A DNA stretch of 64,000 nucleotides, counting the filler, from Jimgerdemannia flammicorona (Eukaryota), in assembly GCA_003990765.1 (NCBI GenBank). It is 3 parts of 3 records of this genome, joined end to end, with 100 filler letters (N's around TTAATTAATTAA, not from the genome) between each part and the next. Parts side by side here need not be neighbours in the genome. Positions count along the whole stretch, not along the records: positions 1 to 21,380 come from RBNJ01001466.1; positions 21,481 to 42,850 come from RBNJ01001467.1; 1 more part is not named here. One strand, given 5' to 3'. A program made the position numbers and the translations under genes. The notes under the pieces are model-generated. The model saw only the letters and a program-made list of their open reading frames with translations, did not search any database and had not been told where the DNA came from. How positions within the stretch are numbered: position 1 is the first letter of the stretch; the number at the start of each line of letters is the position of its first letter. Below are positions 14,064-27,192 of the stretch, in pieces.

Positions 14064-17000
14064 AATTCTTACAAGTTGGTATAAAGCCCAACCTCTGAAC
14101 TGAAATTTATCCTAAACCATCTGACAACCTGGAGAGAATTGAACCTGATGTACAAGGACAATTTGACCTCCACACCTACAACAAGTGGGACAAACTTCAT
14201 TTAAAAAAAGAAGTACTCTGATTAAATCAGCAAATAGGTGAAACCCTATTCACCAAACTCCTTGCTCTACACCCAGCAAGTCAAGATGAAGAAGGTCTTA
14301 TAGAAGCCTTCTTTACTCTTCTCAATAAGAGTTTTGTCAGCTCTACAAATCTGAGCAACCTAGGATAACCAGCAGCAGTCTTTCTAGCCTTAGTCCCTCA
14401 TGAAGCCTAAGCCTCTGTAGCCAAGTGGCTCAACTCTACTGACTTTCACCATACCAGGACCAAGACAGTATTATACTACTGATTCCAGAACAGTAAGGTC
14501 TGCCATATTTTTAAAGAAGAAGCAAGAGAAACCCTTCATCAACTACCCAATCCTGAATCTGAAGCAGGCCCTACTACTGCTCTATCTGAATCTGAAACCA
14601 ACACCAAACCAGAACTAGACTTTGAATTAAGTTCATCCAAAATCAGATATACAACTGACTCTGTCTACTTTGATGCTGAGCAAACCCAATTACATAGGGA
14701 CCAAACCGAAGAGGAGGAGGAGTATCTCAGTGAATTTGATCCCAGATATACTACCAAAGGAGATGCACCTCCATCAGGCCAGAACACACCTATACAGTAA
14801 CAAACAGCTATCTATTGAACCCTTACTCCAGACCCACAACTACTACTCTAGCAACTTACACAGACTCAAAGAACACCCTCATACTCTGCACTAGTACCTC
14901 AAGTAGTACCAGTAACATTACTACTAGTAGTCTAACTACCTCTAGTAAACAATATGGCAAACCAACAGATTCTAGACCTTATAGCCCAGGTAGCTATAAT
15001 GGTAGCAACCATTACTGCCTTAGCCAAACAGACCCAATCTACCAAAAATCTGAGCCTACCTATCTTCAATGGTACTGCATAAGAAGTCTAAAGCTTCATT
15101 AGTATAGTTAATACCAACTTTGAAGCCAATCAATGGACCAATGAGTGAGCTGCTGACTGCTTTCTGATAAACAATCAAGACCACACTCTGGAACAACTCT
15201 TTACTATAACTACAGCTTATGTCTGCTAAGTTGTTATATTCTTCTGAGGACCTGTCAAAGAATGGTGGCAAACTCTTCCTGAAAAACCCCTTACATGGGA
15301 CACTTGACCTGCAGTAATTGCTCAGAATACAGCAAACAATACCCCAGGATATAGAGCTCATCCTGTAGCCCCTGGACTCAAACAACTCATGATTACTCAA
15401 TACTGCAGCGAAACCATGATTGCCACAACCTCAAATTTGATGTACATAGTAAGAAAGAATTTGAACCCTTCTGTACAAAACTCGAGTCACTCCTGAACAC
15501 TGTTAGCCTAGGATATATTACCAATGATAAAGTGTGAAATAGTACAAGAGCAGACCATTTATTTGATGTACTATCTGAATGGCTTACAAGAAAAATCTGA
15601 GAACAAGGATGCCCAGTTGGTTGTGATCACTAATAATAGTGCCTGGCAAGAATCAAGACTATGGTCAAGCAAATCCTAACAGCTGGACCAATTCTGCCCT
15701 GAAGACAATTCAATAACAAGGAAAAAACTTGGACTAAAAAAGAAGAACCCAAGTACAAAGCATCCCAAGCTCCCTCCACATCCATCTCTTAGATACCCAG
15801 AAATCATAAACTCACCCAGCCAAGTACCTTTAAGAAACTCACCGAAGGAGAAAGGAATGAACTTTGAAGAAGTGGAGCATGCTTCTATTGCTGAAAGACA
15901 GGACACATGGCCAGTATCTGCCCCAACCAAAACCTCTGAACAACAATATGAGCAACTATTACTACTCTATACTACCTCAATAACCTGACCACCAGAATAC
16001 TGGACTTTGTCAAGTTAAGGCAAACTACTAAGGCCCCAACTAAAGGAAGTCAAAAGGCAGCTAGGTATGACCTGTATGTAGCCAAAGAAGCTACAGTTTC
16101 CAACCAAGAAGTTAAGCAAGTCTATACAGGAATCAGTATCCAAATTCCTAAAGGATATATTGGAAGAATATACTGTCACAGCAGCCTAGCATTGAAAGGA
16201 CTCTCAGTAGAAGGAGGAGTCATTGATGAAGATTATACAAGTGAAATTATTGTCTTTATTTGAAACTACAGTTGGATACCCTTCAAGATCCCCATTGGTT
16301 TCTGCATTGCCCAGATCCTATTTGAAAAAATTGAGTCAACTCTGATAGTCAAGGAAGTCCCTGAACTACTGCCTACCATCTGAGGATCCAAAGGATTTGG
16401 CTCATCAAACAAGGCCCCAGTCCAACCTACTATGAATAAAGAAGAACAATTCTACAAGAAAATCAAAGACAGATATATACCAAGTGGCTAATGCCCTCAT
16501 GGTATTGGAATATACTCTTTCTGAATAATTGATAATTGCTTCTCTTGTATCAATGAACTGGTTCAAAGAAGAACCAATAGAAGGAAAACTCCTATAACCA
16601 AAATCACTACCATTGGATCAGACAAACTGCTTATACTTCAAGCTTTTATCAATTGAGCATCTGTTAAGATTATGATAGACAGCAGTACCTCAGGCAACTT
16701 TATCAATGAAGAAACAGCCAACAAACTCAAGGTCTTCACCTCTCCAGTATAACAAACTCAAGCAGTTGCTACAGCTAATAGAATCTCCTATGTTATTAGC
16801 AAGGAAGTCTGCAATCTACCCTTCCGAATTGGTGACTACCAAGTACATGTTACCCTCTAGATCATACCACTTCCTGATAATAAGATCATTCTTGGAACCC
16901 CATGGTTGAAATAAGAGAACCCTATGATCAATTGGGTAAACCATTCTCTGACCATTAAGAAAGGACACCATAACTTCAAATTATAAGGCAAAAAGAACCC

Positions 17001-20000
17001 ACTCAGCTCTAGTGACCCTGAACCAAAGATCACCCACATCAATAAGTTACAGCTCAAGAAATTGGCCAAGAAATGTCCTCTCTTTGTCATCTCCATCTGC
17101 CCATCTAAAGGAGAACCTGAGAACTCTGAAGAAGACTTTTCCAAAGTTGACAGCCATATTAGACCACTATTCCAGAAATTCCAAGATATATTCCCAAAGA
17201 AACTTCTGAAAGGCCTACCTCCTAAATGAGCAGTAGACCATGCCATCAAGACCATCCCAGATGCCAAGCCAGCCTTCAAGTCAATCTACTACATATTGCT
17301 GAGAGAAATCAATGCACTCAAGAAAGAAATTGATGAACTCCTAGAATAAGGATTTATCAGACCCAGTATATCACCCTATGGTGCACCAGTCCTCTTTGTT
17401 GTCAAGAAAGGAAGAGACTTGCAAATGTATATTGATTACCATGACCTCAATAAACAGACCACCAAGAACTGTTACCCACTATCTAGAATCAATGAAATAT
17501 TTGATAGGCTTACCAACCTACAATTCATGAGCTCTTTTGATCTATAAAATGATTACTGGCAAATTGCCATGAAAGAAGAAGATATCTATAAGACAGTCTT
17601 CCAAACTCACTATAGACACTTTGAGTTCCTGGTTATGCCTTTTGACTTAACTAATGCTCCTGCAACCTTTCAGATACTGATGAATACCATCTTGCATCCA
17701 TATCTAGATAAATTTGTTATTGTCTATATTGATGACATCCTAGTCTTCAGCAGAACCCTGGAGAAACATCTTGAACACCTTGAACTAGTACTACTGAAAC
17801 TCTAAGAAAACTGACTCTTTGCAAAACTTAGTAAGTATGAATTTCTCCTAAAAGAAATTCAATTCCTTGGACACATTGTCACATCAAATAGAATTAAAGT
17901 AGACTCTAGCAAAATCTCTGCAATCAAGGATTGGCCCAGACCCAAGAAGCTGAAGGACCTACAGTCATTCCTGGGATTAGCAAACTACTATAGACAATTT
18001 GTTACCAACTTTGCCAAAATCACCACTACTCTCACCCAAATGACCAAGTACAGCAAGAAAGAAGAATAGCCCTGGACTATGAAATAGGAAAAAGACTTCA
18101 ACAATCTTGTAAATTGGGGACCCAAGCAAGATACTATCTTTCAAGCACTGAAGAATGCCCTGATAACCACCCCAGTACTTTAAGTGACAAACTCTGCCCT
18201 ACTATATGAAGTTACTACTGATATGTCTAATCTAGCTCTTGGAGCAGTACTTATGCAAGAAGGACACCCTGTGGCCTATCACTCTTACAAGTTCAATTAT
18301 GCTGAAATTAACTATGCAACCCATGAGAAGAAAATACTAGCCATTGTAGACACTCTGATCAAATAGCAACTATATCTAGAAAGAGTACATTTCACTATAT
18401 TAACTGACTACAAGTCATTAGTCAACATCAAGACACAGACTACCCTTTTTTGAAAGCAAGCCAGATAGATGAAAGTCCTTACCAACTTTGACTACAAAAT
18501 TCAGTATTACCCTGGCAAGGAAAACATTGTTGCTGATGCAATCTCCAGACCACCTATTGAAGAAGTTATCCAAACTCTCACCTTGGTTACCAACACTATC
18601 ATAGAACAAATTATTACAGCATGTGCTGATGATAAGAAAGCTCAAGCACTCTGAGAAATTCTGAGCAGTGATAATGCTGACAAGCATACCCAGTACAACC
18701 AATACCAACTGAAGGACAATGCTATCTACTATAAGGACAGACTGTATGTTCCAAACAACCAAGACCTCTGAAGGACTATCCTATTCAAATATCATGATAT
18801 CCCTATAGCTGGACATTTAGGATTTGACAAATGCTATGAAGTTATCTCCCAAAACTTCTATTGGTCTTGCATGACAGATTAGCTAAAGACCTACATCACT
18901 TCCTGTGATGCCTGCCAATAGAACAAGTCCTCAATACTAGCAAAACCTGGCATACTCTACTCTATCCCAGTACCATCTGCTAATTGAGAACAAATCTCTA
19001 TAGACTTCATTATACAACTACCCTGAACCAAAAATAGGAAAGATGTAATTGTTATCTTCATAGACTATCTCAGCAAATAAGCCCACTTTGTACCAACTAC
19101 CACTACTGCAATAGCACCAGATATAGCTACACTCTTGTTTGACAATATCTTCCACTATCATGGTCTTCCTAAAATCATTATTAGTGACCAAGATCCAAAA
19201 TTTACCAGCTATTTTTGGAAAGCCCTCCATGCATACCTTGGAATGAAACTCATACTATCCACAGCCTTCTACCCTAAAACTGATGGCCAAATCAAAAGAA
19301 TGAACCAAACTCTGGAACAAATGCTAAGGAACTATATTTCCTACAGATAAGATAATTGGCATGAACACCTCACTATAGTTGAGTTTGCCTATAATAACAG
19401 CAAGCAAGCCTCTCTTGGAATAATCCCATTCTTCGCCAATATGGGACAAAACCCAAACACCCCTCTGACACTTATCCGAACTACTGATGAACCCTCCACA
19501 ATTGAAGCTATTGAAGAATTCTTACTCTGAATGCACAATATAAGCTAGATCGCAATCAAGAATTTATTGTGAGCTCAAGAACAACAGTCACAGTATATTA
19601 ACCAACACTGTCGAGAAGAAACCTTTGATATCAGAGAAAAAGTTCTACTAGATATTCGAGGATACTAAGTTGACAACCTCAAGCACAGACTATCTACAAA
19701 GCTGAATAGCAAGTTTATTGGACCATTCAAAGTTATTATACAAGTCTCTCTAATCTTCTATAAATTGGCACTATCAGATATCATTAAGGTCTACCCAGTC
19801 TTTAATGTCCAACATCTCAAGTGATACAATGAAAATAATGATAAGCTATTCCCAAACTGGACAACTAAACCACCTATACCTGTCATTATTAATGACCAAG
19901 AAGAATACAAAGTTGAACAAATCCTCAACAAATGTGGCCACAAGAATCACCCTGAGTATCTTGTCAAATAGAAAGATTATCCAATCCATGATGCAACCTG

Positions 20001-20498
20001 GGAACCCAAGACCAATCTCCAGAATACTACTGATTTAGTTCAGAAATATGATTCCTTAAACAACTGAAACCCAAACACTCCCACATCTATCAGTTCATAC
20101 TATATATTATATCTCCTGAATATTATAATTATCATGAACCAAATCAAGAACTCAGCAAGTCAAGACAAAAGAATACTGACCTTCTAGAAAATTAGCAAAA
20201 CTAAAAGCCAGCCTATTCTCCCTATACTACTGGTGGGAAATAAGGTATAGACATTTAAGAAGATTCCTTAGAGAAAATTCTCCAGCAGTGAATGATGTCA
20301 GAATCACTTCTGGTGCATGGTATCAAACACATAACCCTTTAACATATGAATCTAATACATTAGACAACTGTACTATGAGCATACCACTTTCTGAGAAAAA
20401 TAGACTTTACTGGACTTTTGACCTTCCAAATGGTGTAACAACACTAGAACAAATTAGAAGGTCCTGATGAGGACATTGAAAGCTAAGAAGGGAAGAGT

Positions 20499-21365
20499 TG
20501 TAAGTACACAACCCCCAAGTCACCAAAATCACATATTACCCTCTGAACAAGCCACTGAAATCACATGCAACCTCTGAATAAATCTGGAAATCATCTGCAA
20601 GATCATAAAGCTAAGTCAAACCAAAGTCAGTATACAAAGCTGAGTCAATATGAAGTCATAGAACACAAGATTTACATAAACAGAATCTTACCAATCAGGA
20701 CCAAATGCATATACCAAGTACTAAGATACATCGAAACAGAGAACCAAAACAAATAACAACTACAACTTCTGAATATACACAAACATGATTACTAAGATCT
20801 ATAACTGCATCTATGCTGATATTTGGAATACCATTGTTAACTGAGCAATACCTCCTCTACCCCTTATAAATATCTATAGTCTAGTACCCCTCTACTTCAT
20901 GGAAGCCCAATAGAATGCTCTGAACATGCTTAGTGAGTCTTACTGAATTGGACAAATCTCAAGCTACTATCAGATTGGCTGTCTCTTAGAAGACATAGTT
21001 GAATATCACCATAATACAGATATTACCCAGATGTCTTAATACCAGAAACTCATTACCTGTAAACACAGAGAACTCTTCTACAAGTACAGCACCTTTATTC
21101 CCCACCTCCAAGTCACTACTGCTGAAATGGTTGCTACCCTATCCTATGGCCAAATCGATGACATAATACAGGAACTCAACCATAAGTACCTCAAGTACAT
21201 TGAAACTACAGACAGAACCTTTCCACACCCCAATGACCATATTCTGCAAATACCTCAAGTCAGATATGCCATAAAGAATATCTATGATATAATCTAATTT
21301 GATGAAGATGAAGTAGAAGACAATAATCCCTCTGATACTGACATGACCTCTAGCCAAGAATCTCT
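20499..21365 (+). repeat. 3' LTR of copy C (truncated)
   Basis: Starts TGTAAG right after the PPT and matches the other family A LTRs. Confidence 0.9.
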
Positions 21366-21380
21366 TTTTTTTTTTTTTTT

Positions 21381-21480
21381 NNNNNNNNNNNNNNNNNNNN
21401 NNNNNNNNNNNNNNNNNNNNNNNNTTAATTAATTAANNNNNNNNNNNNNNNNNNNNNNNNNNNNNNNNNNNNNNNNNNNN
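21381..21480. other. Assembly gap with artificial TTAATTAATTAA linker
   Basis: 100-nt N block with a central all-frame stop linker; an identical block is at 42851-42950. Confidence 0.95.
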
Positions 21481-21774
21481 AAAAAACTAAAGCAAATATT
21501 AATAAAATGGTATAAAATATTAAAACTATTTAAACTACTAATATATCTATATTAATTTTTTATTATAAAAATAAAACAATATAATTTTTAAATAAATAGG
21601 TTATTTTCTAGAGATAGATTAGTAAAATATTTTCTTATTATATTTAGCTTCACGCTTAAGTTAAAGCTACTTAACAAAAATTTATTATCTCTTAGTTTGT
21701 TTTAAATTTATAAAATAAAGTTGGTTATAAATATATGTATTTGAGCGTCGATCTTTGAGTGCAGTGTGTGAAAT

Positions 21775-21920
21775 GTAGGATGTTTATGGAACGCAGCGTG
21801 TGTATAGAATGCGGAGTATATGGAATGTGTGTGTATGGAATGCGATATGTATGGAATGCGGTGTGTGTGGAATGCGGTATGTATGGAATGCGGTGTGTGG
21901 AATGCGTACGGAATGCGTTC
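21775..21920. repeat. Degenerate tandem repeat (TGTATGGAATGCGGTG-like), possibly subterminal repeats of a DNA transposon
   Basis: About 7 imperfect GGAATGCG-containing units at the border between AT-rich and gene-rich DNA. Confidence 0.6.
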
Positions 21921-22816
21921 TATCATGTGAATCATGTGACATGCAAATGATGCCAGGCTAAGTTAACAATAGATATAATAGATATTTTGCTGAGGGACGA
22001 TATGCGAGGACAGGATTAGGCCTATTGCCCTCGCCAGGCCATCGGCAGCTCGAGAATTGTCACTCTCTTTTGAGCACCGAACTTTGTGGCCATTAGCCTT
22101 CTGCGCCATCTGTTCCAATATGTTGCATGGCTCTAGTCTGGTCCTACGTATATATTAGTATTCGTCATCAGCTAGCCAAGTTATAAACATCTGGTCATTT
22201 GGCATGAAATAAGCGACAAGCGACATGGTCGCTAAGACAGAGCCTAGAAGCGTGACAGAGTGACGGCATTCGGGCAACGGCGTTTGAGGGAATGAAAACT
22301 CGACGTCTCAAAGAGCGACGGCGAGGTTCGTCCATCTATCGATGCACGTTGCCAGATCGAAGGTTCAGGCTCTGTTGAGATGTGCGGCCCTCTTTTCGCC
22401 GAGAGGGTCAGACTTAGTAATGGTTCGACGGCAATTGTTTCTGGTCCGGTGGACGGTATGAAACTAAAACCCGGAGTGAAAGCGATGACCGTGGCTGCGT
22501 TGGCGTGAGTTTTCTCTGTTTGTTAACCTTTACTCACCAGTCTTGGCAGCCCTGAAAAGTCAACTTATTAGTTCCTTGAGCAAGGACGAGCCATGGCTTT
22601 GGGGCTAATGTGAACTCTCATTCATGAATTGCGCACACATTTGAATAAACAACCACAAAGCGGATAATGGTCTAATCCATGTTGATATTGCTGTGAATTA
22701 TTCAAACTGGCTATGTACAACTGGCGGACGATGACATGAAATCCCGTCCTCAACACATCGGCACCAATCAGCTATACCTCTCAGTCTTCCGCTGAACTTT
22801 CAACACACCCTTCACC

Positions 22817-25800
22817 TCACTTGGTCCGATACACGCTCATAATTTCATCGGCCCACGGAGGTATCTCAACCTCCAACGCAGCCTTTGTCCCAATCCTCAA
22901 CCACATCTGCTCGGTCTCGTCCTGATCCTCGATACCCTTCATCCCACCCTGGGCCTCGACAATACACTTTCCCCACCCGCGCCTATTCCGGTTCAGCAAC
23001 GCGTCGATCTCAACTTTGAGCCTCGGGTTCTGCATCTGTCCAAACTGAGCAATCTTCAGCGACGTGATCGTCTGGTTATGATCCCTGAGCGCGTCTCTGA
23101 GTGCTTGAATCCCCGCGACGGGGATGCCGTTATGCGCGAGATCGATGGCGCGGAGAACGGAATTCCCCGGGAGCCATTCCTGGGCAATATAGAGGGCGCC
23201 CTCCTCGCCAATGAAATTGGACAGCCCACCGAGGAGGAGGGTCGCGCGAGTGAAGCCGAGGGTGACGAACTGGAGAGCCGGGTGGTTTCGGAGGGCGTCG
23301 ACGAGGTGGCGGCATCCAGTGGGGCCGATGCAGTTGGACCCGAGACCGAGATGAGTGAGCTTTGTGTCGTTGGCGAGGCCACGGGAGAGCTCGATGATAC
23401 CCTCGTCGCCGAGACGGCAGCAGGAGAGGTAGAGGCAACGGAGGTTGCTGGTGCCGGGCTCGAGGTGATGTCGGAGGACGGTTGCGGAGTGAATGGTGAG
23501 CCCGTTAGAGTCGATGTAGATGTTTCGGAGGGTCTTGTTGCGTTTCAGAGCGTTGAAGATGGTCTCCACCCCTTCGTCCAGAATACCCGTATTTAGGACG
23601 TCGAGTGTCTCGAGCGTTGTGTTCGTCTCGAGCATACGTGCGATGGGAATGGCGCCGGCCGGTTTGAGCGGGTTCCGCTTGAACCAGAGTGACTTGACCT
23701 TCGTGTTGAAGGCGAGCGCATCACAGATAACGGCAATAGCGTCGGCACCAAAGTTATTTCCGGCGATATACCACGTATCAAGCTTGCTATCTGGATCGCG
23801 CATATATTGTGCGATCTGCTCAGCACCCACATCGCCGACGATATTGTTCCCAAGTAACAGCCTCCTGATATGACTATTTTTCATAGCATTCAGCAGCGGC
23901 GTAATTCCGCCCGGTCCGACGGCTTGCTTACACATATCGAGCCTACCGTCGGGCGTAATGGTCCCGATCATAAATGTTACGTTCTTATCGGTCGGCAATG
24001 TCCCAGCATCACCCATATACCGCAGCAACGGATCGAGCTCCTCAAGCAGGCACGGCACGATGGGCATGGGTTCCGGGTTGAGTATCCAGTCGCTTGGTGG
24101 GGCAGCGAGCATCTCCTTCCGCTCAACCTCAGAGAAGAAAGCAGACCTGTCCTTGCGGCGATTGAGCTCCAGCTGGCGATTATAGTACCGCGCCGAAGTA
24201 CGATCAAGGAGCCTGCATAGCCTGGACACCAGCTTCGTGAACGCGCTGTAGCAGATCTGCTTCCGGAGCTTGTCGTCGCGCACAGCCGGGTTCACTTCTG
24301 CGAGCGGATATAGCAGAAGCGCGACCTCCTTGGCAAGCCTGCACCGTTTGTCAACCCCGGACCGGATGCGCGGAACGCCCAAGGCACAGGTGCTCGGGTA
24401 TAGGAGCTCGCCTTCGGTGGTATGGTGCATTGCATCGTCGTGCTCGAACGAGTCGACGAGTGTGCGGTCCTTGGTAAGCTGCGCCACGAACGCGGCGACA
24501 ATGGCGCGGTGCAATACATCACATTTGTCAGTACCGACCTTGTCTATGGCAAACTCGTCCTCGTGGATCTTGCGGTTCAGAACCGCCAGCTTGCCCAGCT
24601 CCTTCCACGACCCGTAGGTCGTTATGAACTGCAGTGTGCCCATCACGAGCTCCGGCTGGAACGCAAGGTATATGCGCATCCACACTCGAAAGAACAGTTC
24701 AGTGGGTTCTTCATCTTGGAATCTAGTGCGGGTCGCGAATGCCACCAGTACCAGATCGTCGACCACGGCGCGGGCGTTCCTCCCTGAAGATGATTTAGCG
24801 TCTTCGATGAACCGCGTGATAACCGCCTCATCCTCGAACATCTCGGCTCTGACCACGGGAGGATACTCGACGAGCCCATGGAAAGCCTCGTGCCTCGCAA
24901 CAACCGTGCGCATCGACGCCGACATTCCGATCGGGTACATGACGAGCTCGGGGACCTTGGGCTTCTGCGACCCAGTCCTAACGACAGCACTGGCCCTCTT
25001 TCGATAATGCTCGACGGATACAGCAAGCTTAGCCTCCAACCCTTGAAACTCCGTCTCCCTATCAATGTCAAAATCCGAATCGACGATGGCTTGAGCCATG
25101 ACGAACTTGGCCATGCGATCGACCGGCCACTTGGCAGGGGTGAAGTGACCGCCCGAATGGGAGATGGTGACGCCAGTCCCGTCAGCGAAGAGTGCGGCAA
25201 GGGCGCGAGTCTTGGCTTCCATCTCGACGGGGGTGCCGAGGTGCTCGTCCTGCAGGCCGTAGATGTGAAGCGTGGCGGTGTTCTGGATGGTGTTGGGCCG
25301 CGTGAGGTCTCGATGGGCGTCGGCACGGGAGGGGAAGCCTGAAATACAGATGCCGAAGCGGAAGGAGATGTTGTTGTGCGGTTGGAGGGCGGCGAGGAGG
25401 CCGATGAGGGTGGCACCCTGTGAAAAAGATTTAAGATGGTGCCATTTAGTATGTGGATGACTATCAAGATGCATGAAACCTAAAAGACATATATAATTAC
25501 CTGGCTAAACCCAATAATCCCATCAAACCTCTCCTCCTTGAACGCCTGATCGATATATCTCATGGTGACATCCATCCCGCCATATACCTTGCCATCATCG
25601 CTGGCGCTATACCACTGCCGCTGGTGGTTCATGGCCTGCTTCCACGTCGGATGCTCCACACCCGTCACGCCGTCGGGCGTGCTGCCAACGGTGTAGGCGT
25701 GCGGTGCGTTCAGGTAGGTGAAGGCGGCGTGACCCTCAAGCTGGCGCTCGAGCGGGCGGAGGGCGCGGCGGATGATGTGGGCGTTTTGGCGGAAACTGCG

Positions 25801-26852
25801 TTTGGGGGAGGAGAGGTATCAGTCGCAATGTTATTTAAAATTATATGCACGATGGATTGGCAACGGTTACATACCCATGCAGCGCTAAGATCTTCATGGG
25901 TCGTGTCTTGGGCCCGTTGTCACGGGCCTTCTTAAACTTGGGATTATTGGTGGCGCCGTGTTGCGAAGCTTGGTCCGGCCCGCGCTCCTGCACGGAGCGC
26001 ATGAAGGCAAAGCGGTGAGAGGCGAGAAACTCTCGCTCCTCGGAGGTCGATTCGCGACCGAGGAGCTGATTACGGTGCGGATAGCGGCCGAAGGCTTGGG
26101 ATTTAGGATGGGGCTTGTGAGTGAAATGTTTTGATGACAAGGGATGCTTGAGAAGGTTTTGAAAAAGAAGATATACCTTCAATCATGTCCAGATGCTGCT
26201 TGGCCGACCGATGCTGTGTGGAATACCTCCTCTCGGCTGGATATCTTTCCGCTAGCTCGCCAAACAGCTCGACAGATCTCGTGACGAAAGCGCGATCTTC
26301 AGCATGCTCGAGACAGTAGTAGAGAAAAAGCTTCTGTGGAGGCGAGTACATCGTGACGTGTTGTGGGTCGTCGAGGACGGCGAGGGCTATTTCGAGCGCC
26401 AGTGTGTCGAACGCGAACATGCGCGAGGAGCCGCGGTAAATGTTACGCGAGAACTGATCCATGAGGAGGATGAGGCAGAGGCGGCCAGCGGGAGAGGTCA
26501 TCCAGCGAGAGAGGATGTGTGGCTCCAAGAGGGAGTCGCTCTTGAGGGTGGACTCGACCTCGAGGAGCAAAGGCTCGAAGTGCTCCTTAATATGACTGTC
26601 GACCGCGGGGGTGCCAGAGAACCAGACACGGGTCGGGAGCTGGTATTGGGGCGACCAGTGGTTGTCGGCGGGGCCAAACCAGTAGGTGAGGATGGATTGG
26701 ATATGGACGCGGTCAGATTCGGTCAATTGCTTGTCCTCCTCCTGCGGGAGGAGGATGTATTGGCGGGGGGTGGGGGGGAGCAGGTCACCGCGGCCGTCCC
26801 GGGATGGGGGGAGGACGACGGCGATTTTAGTTGTTACAGGCGAAGGGTCCAT
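22817..26852 (-). CDS. Multidomain protein (~1263 aa): DUF924 + FSH1-like serine hydrolase + DUF2828/TROVE-like segment + RNI-like LRRs
   Basis: Exons 26852-26177, 26094-25875, 25795-25501 and 25417-22817 join via GT-AG introns into 3792 nt in frame. Motifs: LMDQFSRNIYRG / LEHAED / FGRYPHRN (DUF924); KILALHGFRQN / GFSQG / HSGGH (FSH1); YGSWKEL...FVAQLTKD (DUF2828-like); DGRLDMCKQ followed by LxLxxNxIG repeats. Confidence 0.85.
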
Positions 26853-27192
26853 TTGTTGGTTGGCAAAAGAAAGCAGGCAGTTGTGGTTGAGAAGAGGGCT
26901 TATTTAATTCATGATGTGATATTTATGCACCCAGAGCCGAATCACGCCAAAAGCCGCTCGCTGGTGAGTCACGAAACCGCAGCAAAAGAATATGGTCACG
27001 TGCTTCCCCTCACGAACACTTCGTAATACTGTATAGTTGTCTGTTTGACAATTATAAAATTCTGTACAAATCACATCACACTGTAGTCGCTCCCTAGCCG
27101 GACCAAAAAATCTCCAGCACCTCCATCTATCCACCTCCAACTTTCCTCACACCAAAAACCTAACATGCACCTACCGCCACATCCCCCCCCAC

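Larger units (their letters stand above)
12535..20067 (+). pseudogene. gag-dUTPase-pol-chromodomain of copy C (interrupted by the 1.2 kb retroposon)
   Basis: ATG CCA ATT CAA lies inside U5. Approximate domains: capsid-like LPxFNG...EWW 15050-15300, knuckle 15880-15925, dUTPase 16000-16405, PR 16630-16960, RT 17280-17950, RH 18180-18550, IN 18780-19800, chromodomain 19900-20067 (DATWEPKTNLQN). Confidence 0.88.
154..21365 (+). mobile_element. Ty3/Gypsy chromovirus family A, copy C (5' LTR split by nested copy B; 3' LTR truncated at gap)
   Basis: 5' LTR is 154-834 plus 11405-12787 and starts TATAAG (decayed TGTAAG). PBS at 12791, then gag-dUTPase-PR-RT-RH-IN-chromodomain, PPT AGCTAAGAAGGGAAGAGT, and a 3' LTR from 20499 running to a poly-T run and the N gap. 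Confidence 0.9.

Noticed and set aside
21425..21436. TTAATTAATTAA palindrome inside N runs (also 42895-42906)
   Set aside because: Identical in both gaps; an artificial contig-joining stop linker.
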